Assembly (NCBI GenBank): GCA_934133195.1
Contig: CAKPAZ010000005.1
Location: 537-64,536 of the forward strand
Reading direction: 5' to 3'
DNA: 64,000 nucleotides
Source: an uncultured Bacilli bacterium
GTDB taxonomy: Bacteria > Bacillota_I > Bacilli_A > ML615J-28 > CAG-313
A program made the position numbers and the translations under genes. Below, in pieces: positions 38,551 through 47,753 of this stretch (the stretch's first letter is position 1; every line of letters starts with the position of its first letter). Under the pieces are notes generated by a model that was not told where the DNA came from, did not search any database, and was given only the letters and a program-made list of their open reading frames with translations.

Positions 38551-38976
38551 ATGGAAGAAAAAATTTTAGTTCAAACAGATTCTAAGAAGCTATCTTACTT
38601 TGCCATAGCATTTGCTTCTATTGGTATTCTAGTTACATTATGCTTAGGATTTGCATTACTTGATGTTGTTGATCTAGAAATTGTTGCATTTATCCCAGCG
38701 ATGGTAGTTGTAATAATTTCAATCTTTTTATTTTTAGGAATAGGAGATATTACTGTAACTAATAAAAGAGTTTATAAAACTACATTGTTTAAAACAATAA
38801 TGGTATTACCACTAGATAAAGTCTGCAGCTATGCAACAGGTTCATGTTTTAAAACAGTAAAAGTAAAAACCCCTTCAGGAACAGTTTCATTAATGTTTGT
38901 AAACAAGTATAAAGAAATTCAAGAAGCATTAGATTCATTAATCATAGGTCCTGAAGTAAAAGCACCAGAAGAATAA
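38551..38976 (+). CDS. Membrane protein with a bacterial PH-like (bPH/DUF304-type) C-terminal domain
   Basis: 141 aa from ATG at 38551. Two TM helices, then GDITVTNKRVY, typical of bPH domains. Confidence 0.5.
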   Translation: MEEKILVQTDSKKLSYFAIAFASIGILVTLCLGFALLDVVDLEIVAFIPAMVVVIISIFLFLGIGDITVTNKRVYKTTLFKTIMVLPLDKVCSYATGSCFKTVKVKTPSGTVSLMFVNKYKEIQEALDSLIIGPEVKAPEE

Positions 38977-39042
38977 AATCAACAAAATATAATAGTAAAG
39001 AAAGTTAATATAAAATAACTTGATTTGCTATTAAAACTAAAT

Positions 39043-39066
39043 AAAGGCGTGAGGACGCCTTTTTTT
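39043..39066 (+). terminator. Rho-independent terminator
   Basis: AAAGGCGT-GAGG-ACGCCTTT followed by TTTT. Confidence 0.8.
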
Positions 39067-39139
39067 AAAAATAATATGTCAACTTTTTTATTAGTTTTAA
39101 TTTTTGTGATATAATAATAACGATGAAAGAAGGGATAAT

Positions 39140-42028
39140 ATGAAAAATTATGAATTATTAAAAGAAAAATATATCGAAGAAGTTGCATCTAATGTAAAGT
39201 TATTAAAACATACTAAATCAGGTGCTCACATTCTTTTATTTGAAAATGAAGATCCAAATAAAGTATTTTCTGTAGGATTTAGAACTCCACCAACAAATGA
39301 TACTGGAGTCCCTCATATCCTAGAACACTCAACATTATGTGGTTCAAAGAAATTTCCTGTTAAAGATCCTTTTATTGAATTATTAAAAAGTTCACTAAAT
39401 ACATTTTTAAATGCTATGACATATCCTGATAAAACAGTATATCCAGTCGCAAGCTTAAATGACCATGATTTTAAAAACTTAATGGAAGTATATATGGATG
39501 CGGTATTCTATCCAAATGTATATCTTCATGAAGAAATATTTAAACAAGAAGGTTGGCATTATGAATTAGATAGTGTAGATGGCGATATAATTTATAATGG
39601 TGTTGTATATAACGAAATGAAAGGTGCTTTCTCAAGCCCTGAACAAGTCGTAATGCGTGTATCACGTCATGCATTATTCCCAGATACTACATATGGTGTT
39701 GAATCTGGAGGTGACCCTGAATTTATACCTGATCTTACATATCAAGAATTTTTAAAATTCCATCAACGTTTCTATCATCCATCAAATAGTTATATCTTCC
39801 TATATGGAAATATGAATATGGATGAAAAACTAGAATGGATGGATAAAGAGTATTTAAGTCATTTTGATAGAATCCCTCAAGATTCAGATATTGAATATCA
39901 AAAATCATTTAAGGAACCTCATTATGAACAATACTTCTATCCAGTTGGAAAAGAAGAATCACTTGAAAATAAAACATACTACTCATATAATGCGGTTGTG
40001 GGAACATATAAAGATGTTACTTTAACTTATGCATTCCAAGTTTTAACTTATGCATTATTTAAGGCTCCAGGTGCTCCATTAAAACAAGCTTTAGTTGCAT
40101 CAGGTATTGGAAATGACATCTTAAGTGATTTTGATAGTGGTATGAAACAATCAGTATTAAGCGTTATTGTAAAAGATGCTCCAGAAAACAAACTTGAAGA
40201 ATTAAAATCAATTATTAATAATACTTTAAATGATTTAGTAACCAAAGGTATTGATAAAAAATCTTTACTTTCAGCTATCAATTACTATGAATTTAAATAT
40301 CGTGAAGCTGACTTTGGCGGCATTCCTGCTGGACTTGTATATGGATTAAATGCTATGGATACTTGGCTATATGATGAAAATGATCCATTCTCTACACTTG
40401 AGTTCTATCATATTTTTGATGAATTAAAAGAAAAAGTTGAAAGCAATTACTATGAAGAATTACTTAAAAAGCATTTAATTGATAATCCTCACATTGCTTA
40501 TGTAACAGTATCTCCAAGTAATACCTTAGGTGAAGAAAAAGCCAAAGCTTTAAAAGATAAATTACAAGCTTATAAGGATACACTAACAAAAGAACAACTT
40601 GAAAAATTAGTAGAAGATACTAAAAACCTAAAAATATATCAAGAAACTCCATCAACTGAAGAAGAACTTGCGACAATACCATTACTTACTAAAGATGATA
40701 TTGATGAAAAAGTTGATAATGTTGAAAACATAGAAGAAATCATCGATGATGTTAAGGTTATCAAACAAGATATAGATACAAAAGGAATTAGCTACTTTAC
40801 TTTAAATTTTGATACTAAAAATGTACCGCTTAATTTAATTCCATACATTGGTTTGTTAAATAAAATTTTAACAAATGTAGATACTGCTAATTACTTATAT
40901 GAAGATTTAACAAAAGAAATAAACATTAATACTGGTGGTATCACTACATCTTTTACTGCCTATAGTGTAGGTAAAAATGATGTATTACCATTATTTACAA
41001 TTAATGCAAAAGCCCTTGATGCGAATGTTAATTACATCTTTACATTAACAAAAGAAATAATTACTTCATCTAAGTTAGACAATAAACAAAGAATTAGAGA
41101 AATAATTATGGAAGCAAAATCACAATCACAAATGTTCTTTATGGAAAGTGGTCATGCGGCAGCTGTTAATAGAGCTTTATCATATCTTCGCTCTGCCAAT
41201 TTATATAATGAATATGTAAGTGGCGTAGCACAATATCAATTCATTGAAAGTTTAGTTAAAGACTTTGATAATTTATATCCTACAATTGTAAAAAATCTTG
41301 AAGAATTAATGAAATATGTTTTCCGTAAAGAAAATCTAATTATTTCTTATACAGGTAAAAACTTTAAATATGAAGAAGAAATTATGAATTTCTTACCTTC
41401 TTTAAGAAATGATAAAATTAAGAAAGAACCATTTGCATTTAAAGAAGACACAAAGAATGAAGGATTCAAAACTCCATCAACAGTTCAATATGTTGCAAGA
41501 GTAGGAAATTATGAAGATCTTGCGACATACACAGGTGCTTTCCAAGTTTTCGCAATGGCTCTTCGCTATGATTATTTATGGATGAAGGTTCGTGTACTTG
41601 GTGGAGCCTATGGATGTATGGCTAATTTCCAAAGAAATGGTAATGTCTTATTTGTATCATATCGTGATCCAAACCTAGATCGTACAAATGAAGTATATGA
41701 AGGCATTCCTGCTTACATTGATAATTTCAATCCAACAAATGAAGAGTTAACAAAATACATCATTGGTGCTATTGGTTACCTTGATACTCCAAGAACTCCT
41801 CGTGAACAAGGACAACGTGCTTTCACTAATTACTTACAAGGTATCACCTATGAAGATTTAGTAAGAGAAAGAAAAGAAGTAATCAATGTTACTTTAGAAA
41901 ATATCAAAGCATTAAAACCTTTAATTGAAAAAGCCTTAAAGGATGATGCAATGTGTACAATTGGAAATGAAAATAAAGTTGAAGAATCTCCTTTATTTAA
42001 AGAAAAGAAATATCTAATGAATATATAA
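39140..42028 (+). CDS. M16C (PreP-like) insulinase-family zinc metalloprotease
   Basis: 962 aa. Inverted zinc motif HILEH (GVPHILEHSTLCGS) and a downstream NEMKG block. Confidence 0.88.
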   Translation: MKNYELLKEKYIEEVASNVKLLKHTKSGAHILLFENEDPNKVFSVGFRTPPTNDTGVPHILEHSTLCGSKKFPVKDPFIELLKSSLNTFLNAMTYPDKTVYPVASLNDHDFKNLMEVYMDAVFYPNVYLHEEIFKQEGWHYELDSVDGDIIYNGVVYNEMKGAFSSPEQVVMRVSRHALFPDTTYGVESGGDPEFIPDLTYQEFLKFHQRFYHPSNSYIFLYGNMNMDEKLEWMDKEYLSHFDRIPQDSDIEYQKSFKEPHYEQYFYPVGKEESLENKTYYSYNAVVGTYKDVTLTYAFQVLTYALFKAPGAPLKQALVASGIGNDILSDFDSGMKQSVLSVIVKDAPENKLEELKSIINNTLNDLVTKGIDKKSLLSAINYYEFKYREADFGGIPAGLVYGLNAMDTWLYDENDPFSTLEFYHIFDELKEKVESNYYEELLKKHLIDNPHIAYVTVSPSNTLGEEKAKALKDKLQAYKDTLTKEQLEKLVEDTKNLKIYQETPSTEEELATIPLLTKDDIDEKVDNVENIEEIIDDVKVIKQDIDTKGISYFTLNFDTKNVPLNLIPYIGLLNKILTNVDTANYLYEDLTKEININTGGITTSFTAYSVGKNDVLPLFTINAKALDANVNYIFTLTKEIITSSKLDNKQRIREIIMEAKSQSQMFFMESGHAAAVNRALSYLRSANLYNEYVSGVAQYQFIESLVKDFDNLYPTIVKNLEELMKYVFRKENLIISYTGKNFKYEEEIMNFLPSLRNDKIKKEPFAFKEDTKNEGFKTPSTVQYVARVGNYEDLATYTGAFQVFAMALRYDYLWMKVRVLGGAYGCMANFQRNGNVLFVSYRDPNLDRTNEVYEGIPAYIDNFNPTNEELTKYIIGAIGYLDTPRTPREQGQRAFTNYLQGITYEDLVRERKEVINVTLENIKALKPLIEKALKDDAMCTIGNENKVEESPLFKEKKYLMNI

Positions 42029-42036
42029 GAACAAAT

Positions 42037-42072
42037 AAAAAAGCGTTCCCTAGAAGTAAGGGAACGTTTTTT
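42037..42072 (+). terminator. Rho-independent terminator
   Basis: CGTTCCC / GGGAACG stem with flanking A and T runs. Confidence 0.75.
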
Positions 42073-42150
42073 AGATTCTAATTTTAATTTATTAAATGCC
42101 TTTAATATTTTGAAAAAATATGATAAAATATTTAAAAAGAAGGTGAAAGA

Positions 42151-44586
42151 ATGCAAGATATCACAAAGTTACTAGATAATCCAAAAACTATCTTTTTATG
42201 TTCATCAGATATAAAAAAAGACTTAGTAAATAAATATAGTTCAAAAATGCATAAAGCTATATTTAAATCTTTTGTTGATTTTAAAAAAAATTTATTTCCT
42301 GAAATTGATTTAAAGATGATTATTACCAACAATTATAATGATGAAGATTTGGAAATAACAAAACTCAAATTAGAAAATGCTTGTTTAATACAAGATGATT
42401 CACCTTCACCTTTTATTCACGACCTTTATGAATTAAAGCTTAAGAATAACCTTTTTATAAATAAACAAATGTTAGACTATTTTAATAGATATGATATATA
42501 TGTAATTAATTATGAAAATGATGATGATCTATTAAATATTTGTTTAAAAGAAATAAAAAATAAATATTACTTATCATTAACTAGTCAAGAACTAAAATAT
42601 AGACATATTTTATATCAATTCAATGACTATGAAGAAGAAATTATATATATTACAAACTCTATATATAAACTATTAAAAGAAAACGTTGATATAAATAAAA
42701 TTGTAATTAATGAAGTATCACAAGAATATTTAATTAAATTAAAAGAAATTTTTTCTTTATATAATATTCCTCTTGAAAAAAATGAAAAGACTTCACTTTA
42801 TGATGTAAATGAAGTAAAAGACTTTATTCATGAAATTTTAAGTGAAGAAGGATTATTCAATGAAGTAATTACTAAAAAAATAGAAAATAAAACTCTATCG
42901 GTAAACATTATAGATACTATCAATTGCTTAAGTGTTTTAAATTACTTTAATTATCATACAAATGATAAAAAATTAAATAATATTATAAAGTATATTTTAA
43001 AACATACGTATATTAAATCAAAATTTGAAAAAAATGTGGTGAGAATAGAAAACATCTTTGATCATATTTATGATGAAGATACATATATCTTTTTATTAAA
43101 TTTTAACCAAGATGTTGTACCAGTAACATTTAAGAATAATCAATATTTAAGTGATGAGATAAGAATAAAAAATAATCTTGTTACAAGCACATTTAAAAAT
43201 ATAGTCACTAAAAATCATGTAATTGAGACAATAACTTCTCTAAAAAATCTTTATATGTCATCTTCATTAAAACATTTTGTAAGAAACTCACTTTTAGAAA
43301 ATAGCAAGTTAGTTTCAAATATTAGTGTTGAAAATAAAAAGATAACATTAGATGAGATAACTTCCAAGTCTGCAGCAAAACTATTGTTTATCAAATCATT
43401 TAATAAATATAATCTTTATCATGAAATAGATGATACTCTTCTAAAAGGATATAATTATTTTTACAATGAAATCAAGAATAACTATGATTCATGTTTTAAA
43501 GGAACAAGTAATTTAATTATTAACGATTTAAACCAAGAATTATATTTATCTTATTCATCTTTAGATGATTATTTTAAATGTCCATTTAAATATTATTTAA
43601 AGCACATATTAAAGATAACTAATGAAAGTGACTCAACAAACGATAATCCAAGTCTTTTTGTTGGTACGCTATTCCATGATGTGTTAGAAAAATACGTTAG
43701 GATGCAATTTATTGAAAATAAAGAAATTACGGATGTAACAACTTTTATTGATGAGGAAATTCATAGTTTTGTTACAAAAAAAGAAATTAACTTGAGCCCA
43801 AAATATAAAATATATTTCAACATCTTTAAAGAGAACTTATTCAATATCATTAAAAGAATAAAAAATAGTGATGAAAATTCATCATTTAAAGTAGTTGATG
43901 TTGAAAAAAAATTCAAACTTCATTTAGGTAACAATTTATATTTAGTTGGCACGGTTGATAAAATCTTACAATATAATGACTACTACATAGTCGTTGATTA
44001 CAAAACAAGAAATGTTGATTCAAATTTAAATGATATTGATAAAGGCTTAGAATTACAACTTCCAATATATATGCTTTTTATAAAGAGCATGGATGAATTA
44101 TCTAAATTTGGTGGTTTATATTTACAAAGTATTTTAAAAAGTACACCTTATCGATTTGATGAAAAGAAGCCATATGATACATTATATTTAGAAAGTACAA
44201 GATATGCTGGATATACAAATATGGAAAGTGATGTAATAAATGCTATCGATATGGCTTGTTACACAGATGAAAGAATGTTACCAACAATACCATTTAAAAA
44301 TAATGGAGATTTGACAGCTAACTTTATCAAACATGCCTTATCAGATGTAGACTTTGATAAAATATCAAGTTATGTACAAAATTTAATAATCGAGGCATCA
44401 AAGAAAATACGCAATGGCGAGTTTCCAATTTCCCCAATTAAACTTTCAAATGAGGAATCAGCATGTAGTACATGTAATATGAAAAAGATATGTTATATGA
44501 CCCCTAAGAATACCAGAAATTTTGTTAAGAATAATAATCTTGACTATATCTTAAAAGAAGGAGGATTGAATGATGAAGTGGAGTAA
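42151..44586 (+). CDS. addB: AddB-type helicase-nuclease subunit B (short form)
   Basis: C-terminal PD-(D/E)XK block GTVDKIL...IVVDYKT. Cys ligand pattern C (YFKCPF) ... C-x2-C-x5-C (CSTCNMKKIC) as in Fe-S AddB. Directly upstream of and overlapping addA. Confidence 0.8.
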   Translation: MQDITKLLDNPKTIFLCSSDIKKDLVNKYSSKMHKAIFKSFVDFKKNLFPEIDLKMIITNNYNDEDLEITKLKLENACLIQDDSPSPFIHDLYELKLKNNLFINKQMLDYFNRYDIYVINYENDDDLLNICLKEIKNKYYLSLTSQELKYRHILYQFNDYEEEIIYITNSIYKLLKENVDINKIVINEVSQEYLIKLKEIFSLYNIPLEKNEKTSLYDVNEVKDFIHEILSEEGLFNEVITKKIENKTLSVNIIDTINCLSVLNYFNYHTNDKKLNNIIKYILKHTYIKSKFEKNVVRIENIFDHIYDEDTYIFLLNFNQDVVPVTFKNNQYLSDEIRIKNNLVTSTFKNIVTKNHVIETITSLKNLYMSSSLKHFVRNSLLENSKLVSNISVENKKITLDEITSKSAAKLLFIKSFNKYNLYHEIDDTLLKGYNYFYNEIKNNYDSCFKGTSNLIINDLNQELYLSYSSLDDYFKCPFKYYLKHILKITNESDSTNDNPSLFVGTLFHDVLEKYVRMQFIENKEITDVTTFIDEEIHSFVTKKEINLSPKYKIYFNIFKENLFNIIKRIKNSDENSSFKVVDVEKKFKLHLGNNLYLVGTVDKILQYNDYYIVVDYKTRNVDSNLNDIDKGLELQLPIYMLFIKSMDELSKFGGLYLQSILKSTPYRFDEKKPYDTLYLESTRYAGYTNMESDVINAIDMACYTDERMLPTIPFKNNGDLTANFIKHALSDVDFDKISSYVQNLIIEASKKIRNGEFPISPIKLSNEESACSTCNMKKICYMTPKNTRNFVKNNNLDYILKEGGLNDEVE

Positions 44587-47500
44587 AGAACAACAACTCG
44601 CAATATATGAGTCAAATAAATCAATCCTTGTAAATGCTGGTGCTGGGTCTGGTAAAACAGCAGTGCTTACCGAACGCTTATTACAAAAAGTAAAAAGTCA
44701 AGAAAAACTAGAAAACTTAATAGTTTTAACATTTAGTGTTTTAGCTGCATCTGAAATGAAAGAACGTTTGAGAAAGAAACTCCAAGAATCAAATGATCCT
44801 AATTGCTTGAAAGAACTTGCTTATATCGATCAAGCAAACATTCAAACCTTTGATTCCTTCACAAATGAAATTGTAAAAAAATATCATTACACTTTAAACA
44901 TTCCAAGAAACATTAATATTGTATCAGGAAGTGAATTTAAAATAGTATCACTAAAAATCCTTAAAGAACTTTTTGATGAATATTATGAATCAAATAATCC
45001 TAGTTTTAATCATTTAATTAAGACATATACAGTTAAAGATGATGCGGCACTACTAGATACGTTAGTTAAACTATATATGGATATTCGTTTAAAACCTGAT
45101 TATAAAAAGACATTAAAAAATCATAAATTATTTTATGAAAAAGAATATGTCGAAAATCTAGAAAAAGAATATCTTCAAATGATTAAACAAAGAATTAAAG
45201 AATTAAGTACATTCATAGATGAACTTGAAAAATACACTAGTGATTCTAAACTACATGAACATTTTCAACAACTATGCAAAATCTATGAAAGCCTTCTTGA
45301 AGCTGATTCGTATGATGAATTATGCATCATTAAAAATTTATCTTTCCCTACCCTTCCTCGAACTAAACCAGATGAAGAAAAAAACATATATTCAGATATA
45401 TATAACACCTTAAAAAAATATATATCATCAATAGCTAGTCTTTTAATTTATAAGGATGCTGAAGAATTAAAAGAAGGGTATCAATCAACATCGGATGATA
45501 CTTTAGTTATTATGGAAATACTTTATAAGTTGGATGTAAAATTAAATGAATATAAAAGAAGTCACAATGTCTATGACTTTACAGACATTCAATTTATGGC
45601 TATTCAAATTCTTGAAGAAAATGAAGAAATCAGGGAGAGCATTAAAAATAATACTCATGAAATATTAATTGATGAGTATCAAGATACTTCAGATGTTCAA
45701 GAATATTTAGTTGGATTAATATCAAATAATAATGTCTATATGGTAGGAGATGTTAAGCAATCAATCTATCGATTTAGAAATGCTAATCCCAATATTTTTA
45801 AAGAAAAATATCATCTTTTAAAAGTAACTCCTCCTAATATGGTAATTGATCTTGCTAAAAACTTCCGTTCAAGAAAAGAAGTACTAGATATTGTAAATTT
45901 AGTATTTAAAAGTCTAATGTCGCCAAATATTGGAGGCGTAGAATATAACGAATCACATTATCTTAATTACGGATTTAGTACTTATGATCAATATGTTGAA
46001 TCTAGTTATAAATTACGTGTTGTAAGATATGATGAAGAAAAACTAAAAACGGAATATAAAGGTTTTAATAAAAATGAACTTGAAGCTTTCTTTATTGGAA
46101 GAGATATTTTAAAAAGAATTAATGTTCAAAAAGTGTATGATAAAGAAACTAATGAATATCGCTCAATGACCTACAAGGATGTTGCTATACTTGTAGCCAC
46201 CAAACAAACGATGGGACTATATAAAAAAATCTTTGAATATTTAGGCATTCCCCTAAAGACATATGAAGATATTGAAGTAAATGATAACAATGATATTTTC
46301 GCAATCACTAGTATGTTAAAAACCATTTATCTAATTGATAAGGAAAATTACGAAAAAGAACCTTTTAAAGAAACCATTGCTTCTTTCCTTCGTAGTTTCA
46401 TTATTAACGAAAATGATCAAACCATAGCTGAGATTGTTATCTCAAGTGATCCATTAAAGACATTTTCAACGATGCTTCCAGATATATATCAAAAATGTCT
46501 AAATATCACTAATATGATTGCGACAACATCAATTTTAGAAATTCTAGAAACATGCTATAAAACATTTAATGTATATGAAAAAATGTTAAGTGTAAATGAT
46601 GTAAACTTAACAGAATATATTATTAATTATACAAAAAATATCGTATCTAACCTAATTAACTTAGATTATACTTTAAAAGATGTTATTGAATATTTCGATA
46701 CCTTATTTAGTGATGATTCATTAAAAGTAAAGATTTCGACTAACAATCTAGAAAATTCAAACAATGTAGTTAAGATGATGACAATTCATGCCTCTAAAGG
46801 CTTAGAGTTTCCTATATGTTATTTCCCAAATCTTTATAAAGAATTTAATTATTCTGATTTAAAAGAATTAATAACATATAGTAAGGATTATCAAATTCTA
46901 ATACCTTATGAAAAAGATAAAGTATTAAAGAAAACAATGACAAAGTTACTTTATGATAACAAATATCATTTAGATGAAGTTGGTGAAAGAATAAGATTAT
47001 TATATGTTGCGTTAACAAGACCAAGAGAACAAATAGTTTTAGTTTTACCAAACATGAAAAAAGAAATAAACTACAAAATAAATGATTTAATAAAACAAAA
47101 CTTCAAATCATTTATGGAAATGATCAATAGTATATCTGAAGAACTATTGCCATTTACCGAAGAAATGGATCTAGATAGTCTTTCCTTAACTTTAGATTAT
47201 TTAAAGCCAAATGAAAAACTAATGGACTTGGATGTAACTAAAAATGAATTAGAATTTGATAATATAGTAGTTAATGAAATATATGAAGATGAGGCTCATC
47301 CTTCAATTATTCATGGTACTTATCCAAGCCTTGAAGAAATGAAAATGATGGAAAAGGGTACTCATTTTCATAAATTACTTGAAATCATAGATTTGTCAAA
47401 TCCTGATTTTACATTTCTTTCCAAAGAAGAAGAAAAAATGATAAAAAACTTTATTAATCATCCATTCATAAAAGATATGGAAATAATCCATACTTTTCAT

Positions 47501-47740
47501 GAATATCCTTTTACCTTTATGTTAGATGATATTCATATAAATGGTATCATAGATTTGATAATTGAAACTAATAATGAGTATATTATTATTGACTATAAGT
47601 TAAATGATATTACTAAAGAAGGATATCAAAAACAATTAAATATATATGCGGCTTATTTAAAAAGTATAACCACAAAGAAAATATCTGCATATCTTTATTC
47701 TATTGTTCATAATGAATTTAAAAAAGTAATACTTGATTAG
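44570..47740 (+). CDS. addA: AddA helicase-nuclease subunit A (UvrD-like)
   Basis: 1056 aa. GAGSGKT, LIDEYQDT and VGDVKQSIYRFR motifs. C-terminal nuclease block NGIIDLI...IIIDYK. Confidence 0.92.
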   Translation: MMKWSKEQQLAIYESNKSILVNAGAGSGKTAVLTERLLQKVKSQEKLENLIVLTFSVLAASEMKERLRKKLQESNDPNCLKELAYIDQANIQTFDSFTNEIVKKYHYTLNIPRNINIVSGSEFKIVSLKILKELFDEYYESNNPSFNHLIKTYTVKDDAALLDTLVKLYMDIRLKPDYKKTLKNHKLFYEKEYVENLEKEYLQMIKQRIKELSTFIDELEKYTSDSKLHEHFQQLCKIYESLLEADSYDELCIIKNLSFPTLPRTKPDEEKNIYSDIYNTLKKYISSIASLLIYKDAEELKEGYQSTSDDTLVIMEILYKLDVKLNEYKRSHNVYDFTDIQFMAIQILEENEEIRESIKNNTHEILIDEYQDTSDVQEYLVGLISNNNVYMVGDVKQSIYRFRNANPNIFKEKYHLLKVTPPNMVIDLAKNFRSRKEVLDIVNLVFKSLMSPNIGGVEYNESHYLNYGFSTYDQYVESSYKLRVVRYDEEKLKTEYKGFNKNELEAFFIGRDILKRINVQKVYDKETNEYRSMTYKDVAILVATKQTMGLYKKIFEYLGIPLKTYEDIEVNDNNDIFAITSMLKTIYLIDKENYEKEPFKETIASFLRSFIINENDQTIAEIVISSDPLKTFSTMLPDIYQKCLNITNMIATTSILEILETCYKTFNVYEKMLSVNDVNLTEYIINYTKNIVSNLINLDYTLKDVIEYFDTLFSDDSLKVKISTNNLENSNNVVKMMTIHASKGLEFPICYFPNLYKEFNYSDLKELITYSKDYQILIPYEKDKVLKKTMTKLLYDNKYHLDEVGERIRLLYVALTRPREQIVLVLPNMKKEINYKINDLIKQNFKSFMEMINSISEELLPFTEEMDLDSLSLTLDYLKPNEKLMDLDVTKNELEFDNIVVNEIYEDEAHPSIIHGTYPSLEEMKMMEKGTHFHKLLEIIDLSNPDFTFLSKEEEKMIKNFINHPFIKDMEIIHTFHEYPFTFMLDDIHINGIIDLIIETNNEYIIIDYKLNDITKEGYQKQLNIYAAYLKSITTKKISAYLYSIVHNEFKKVILD

Positions 47741-47753
47741 AAGGTGAAACAAA

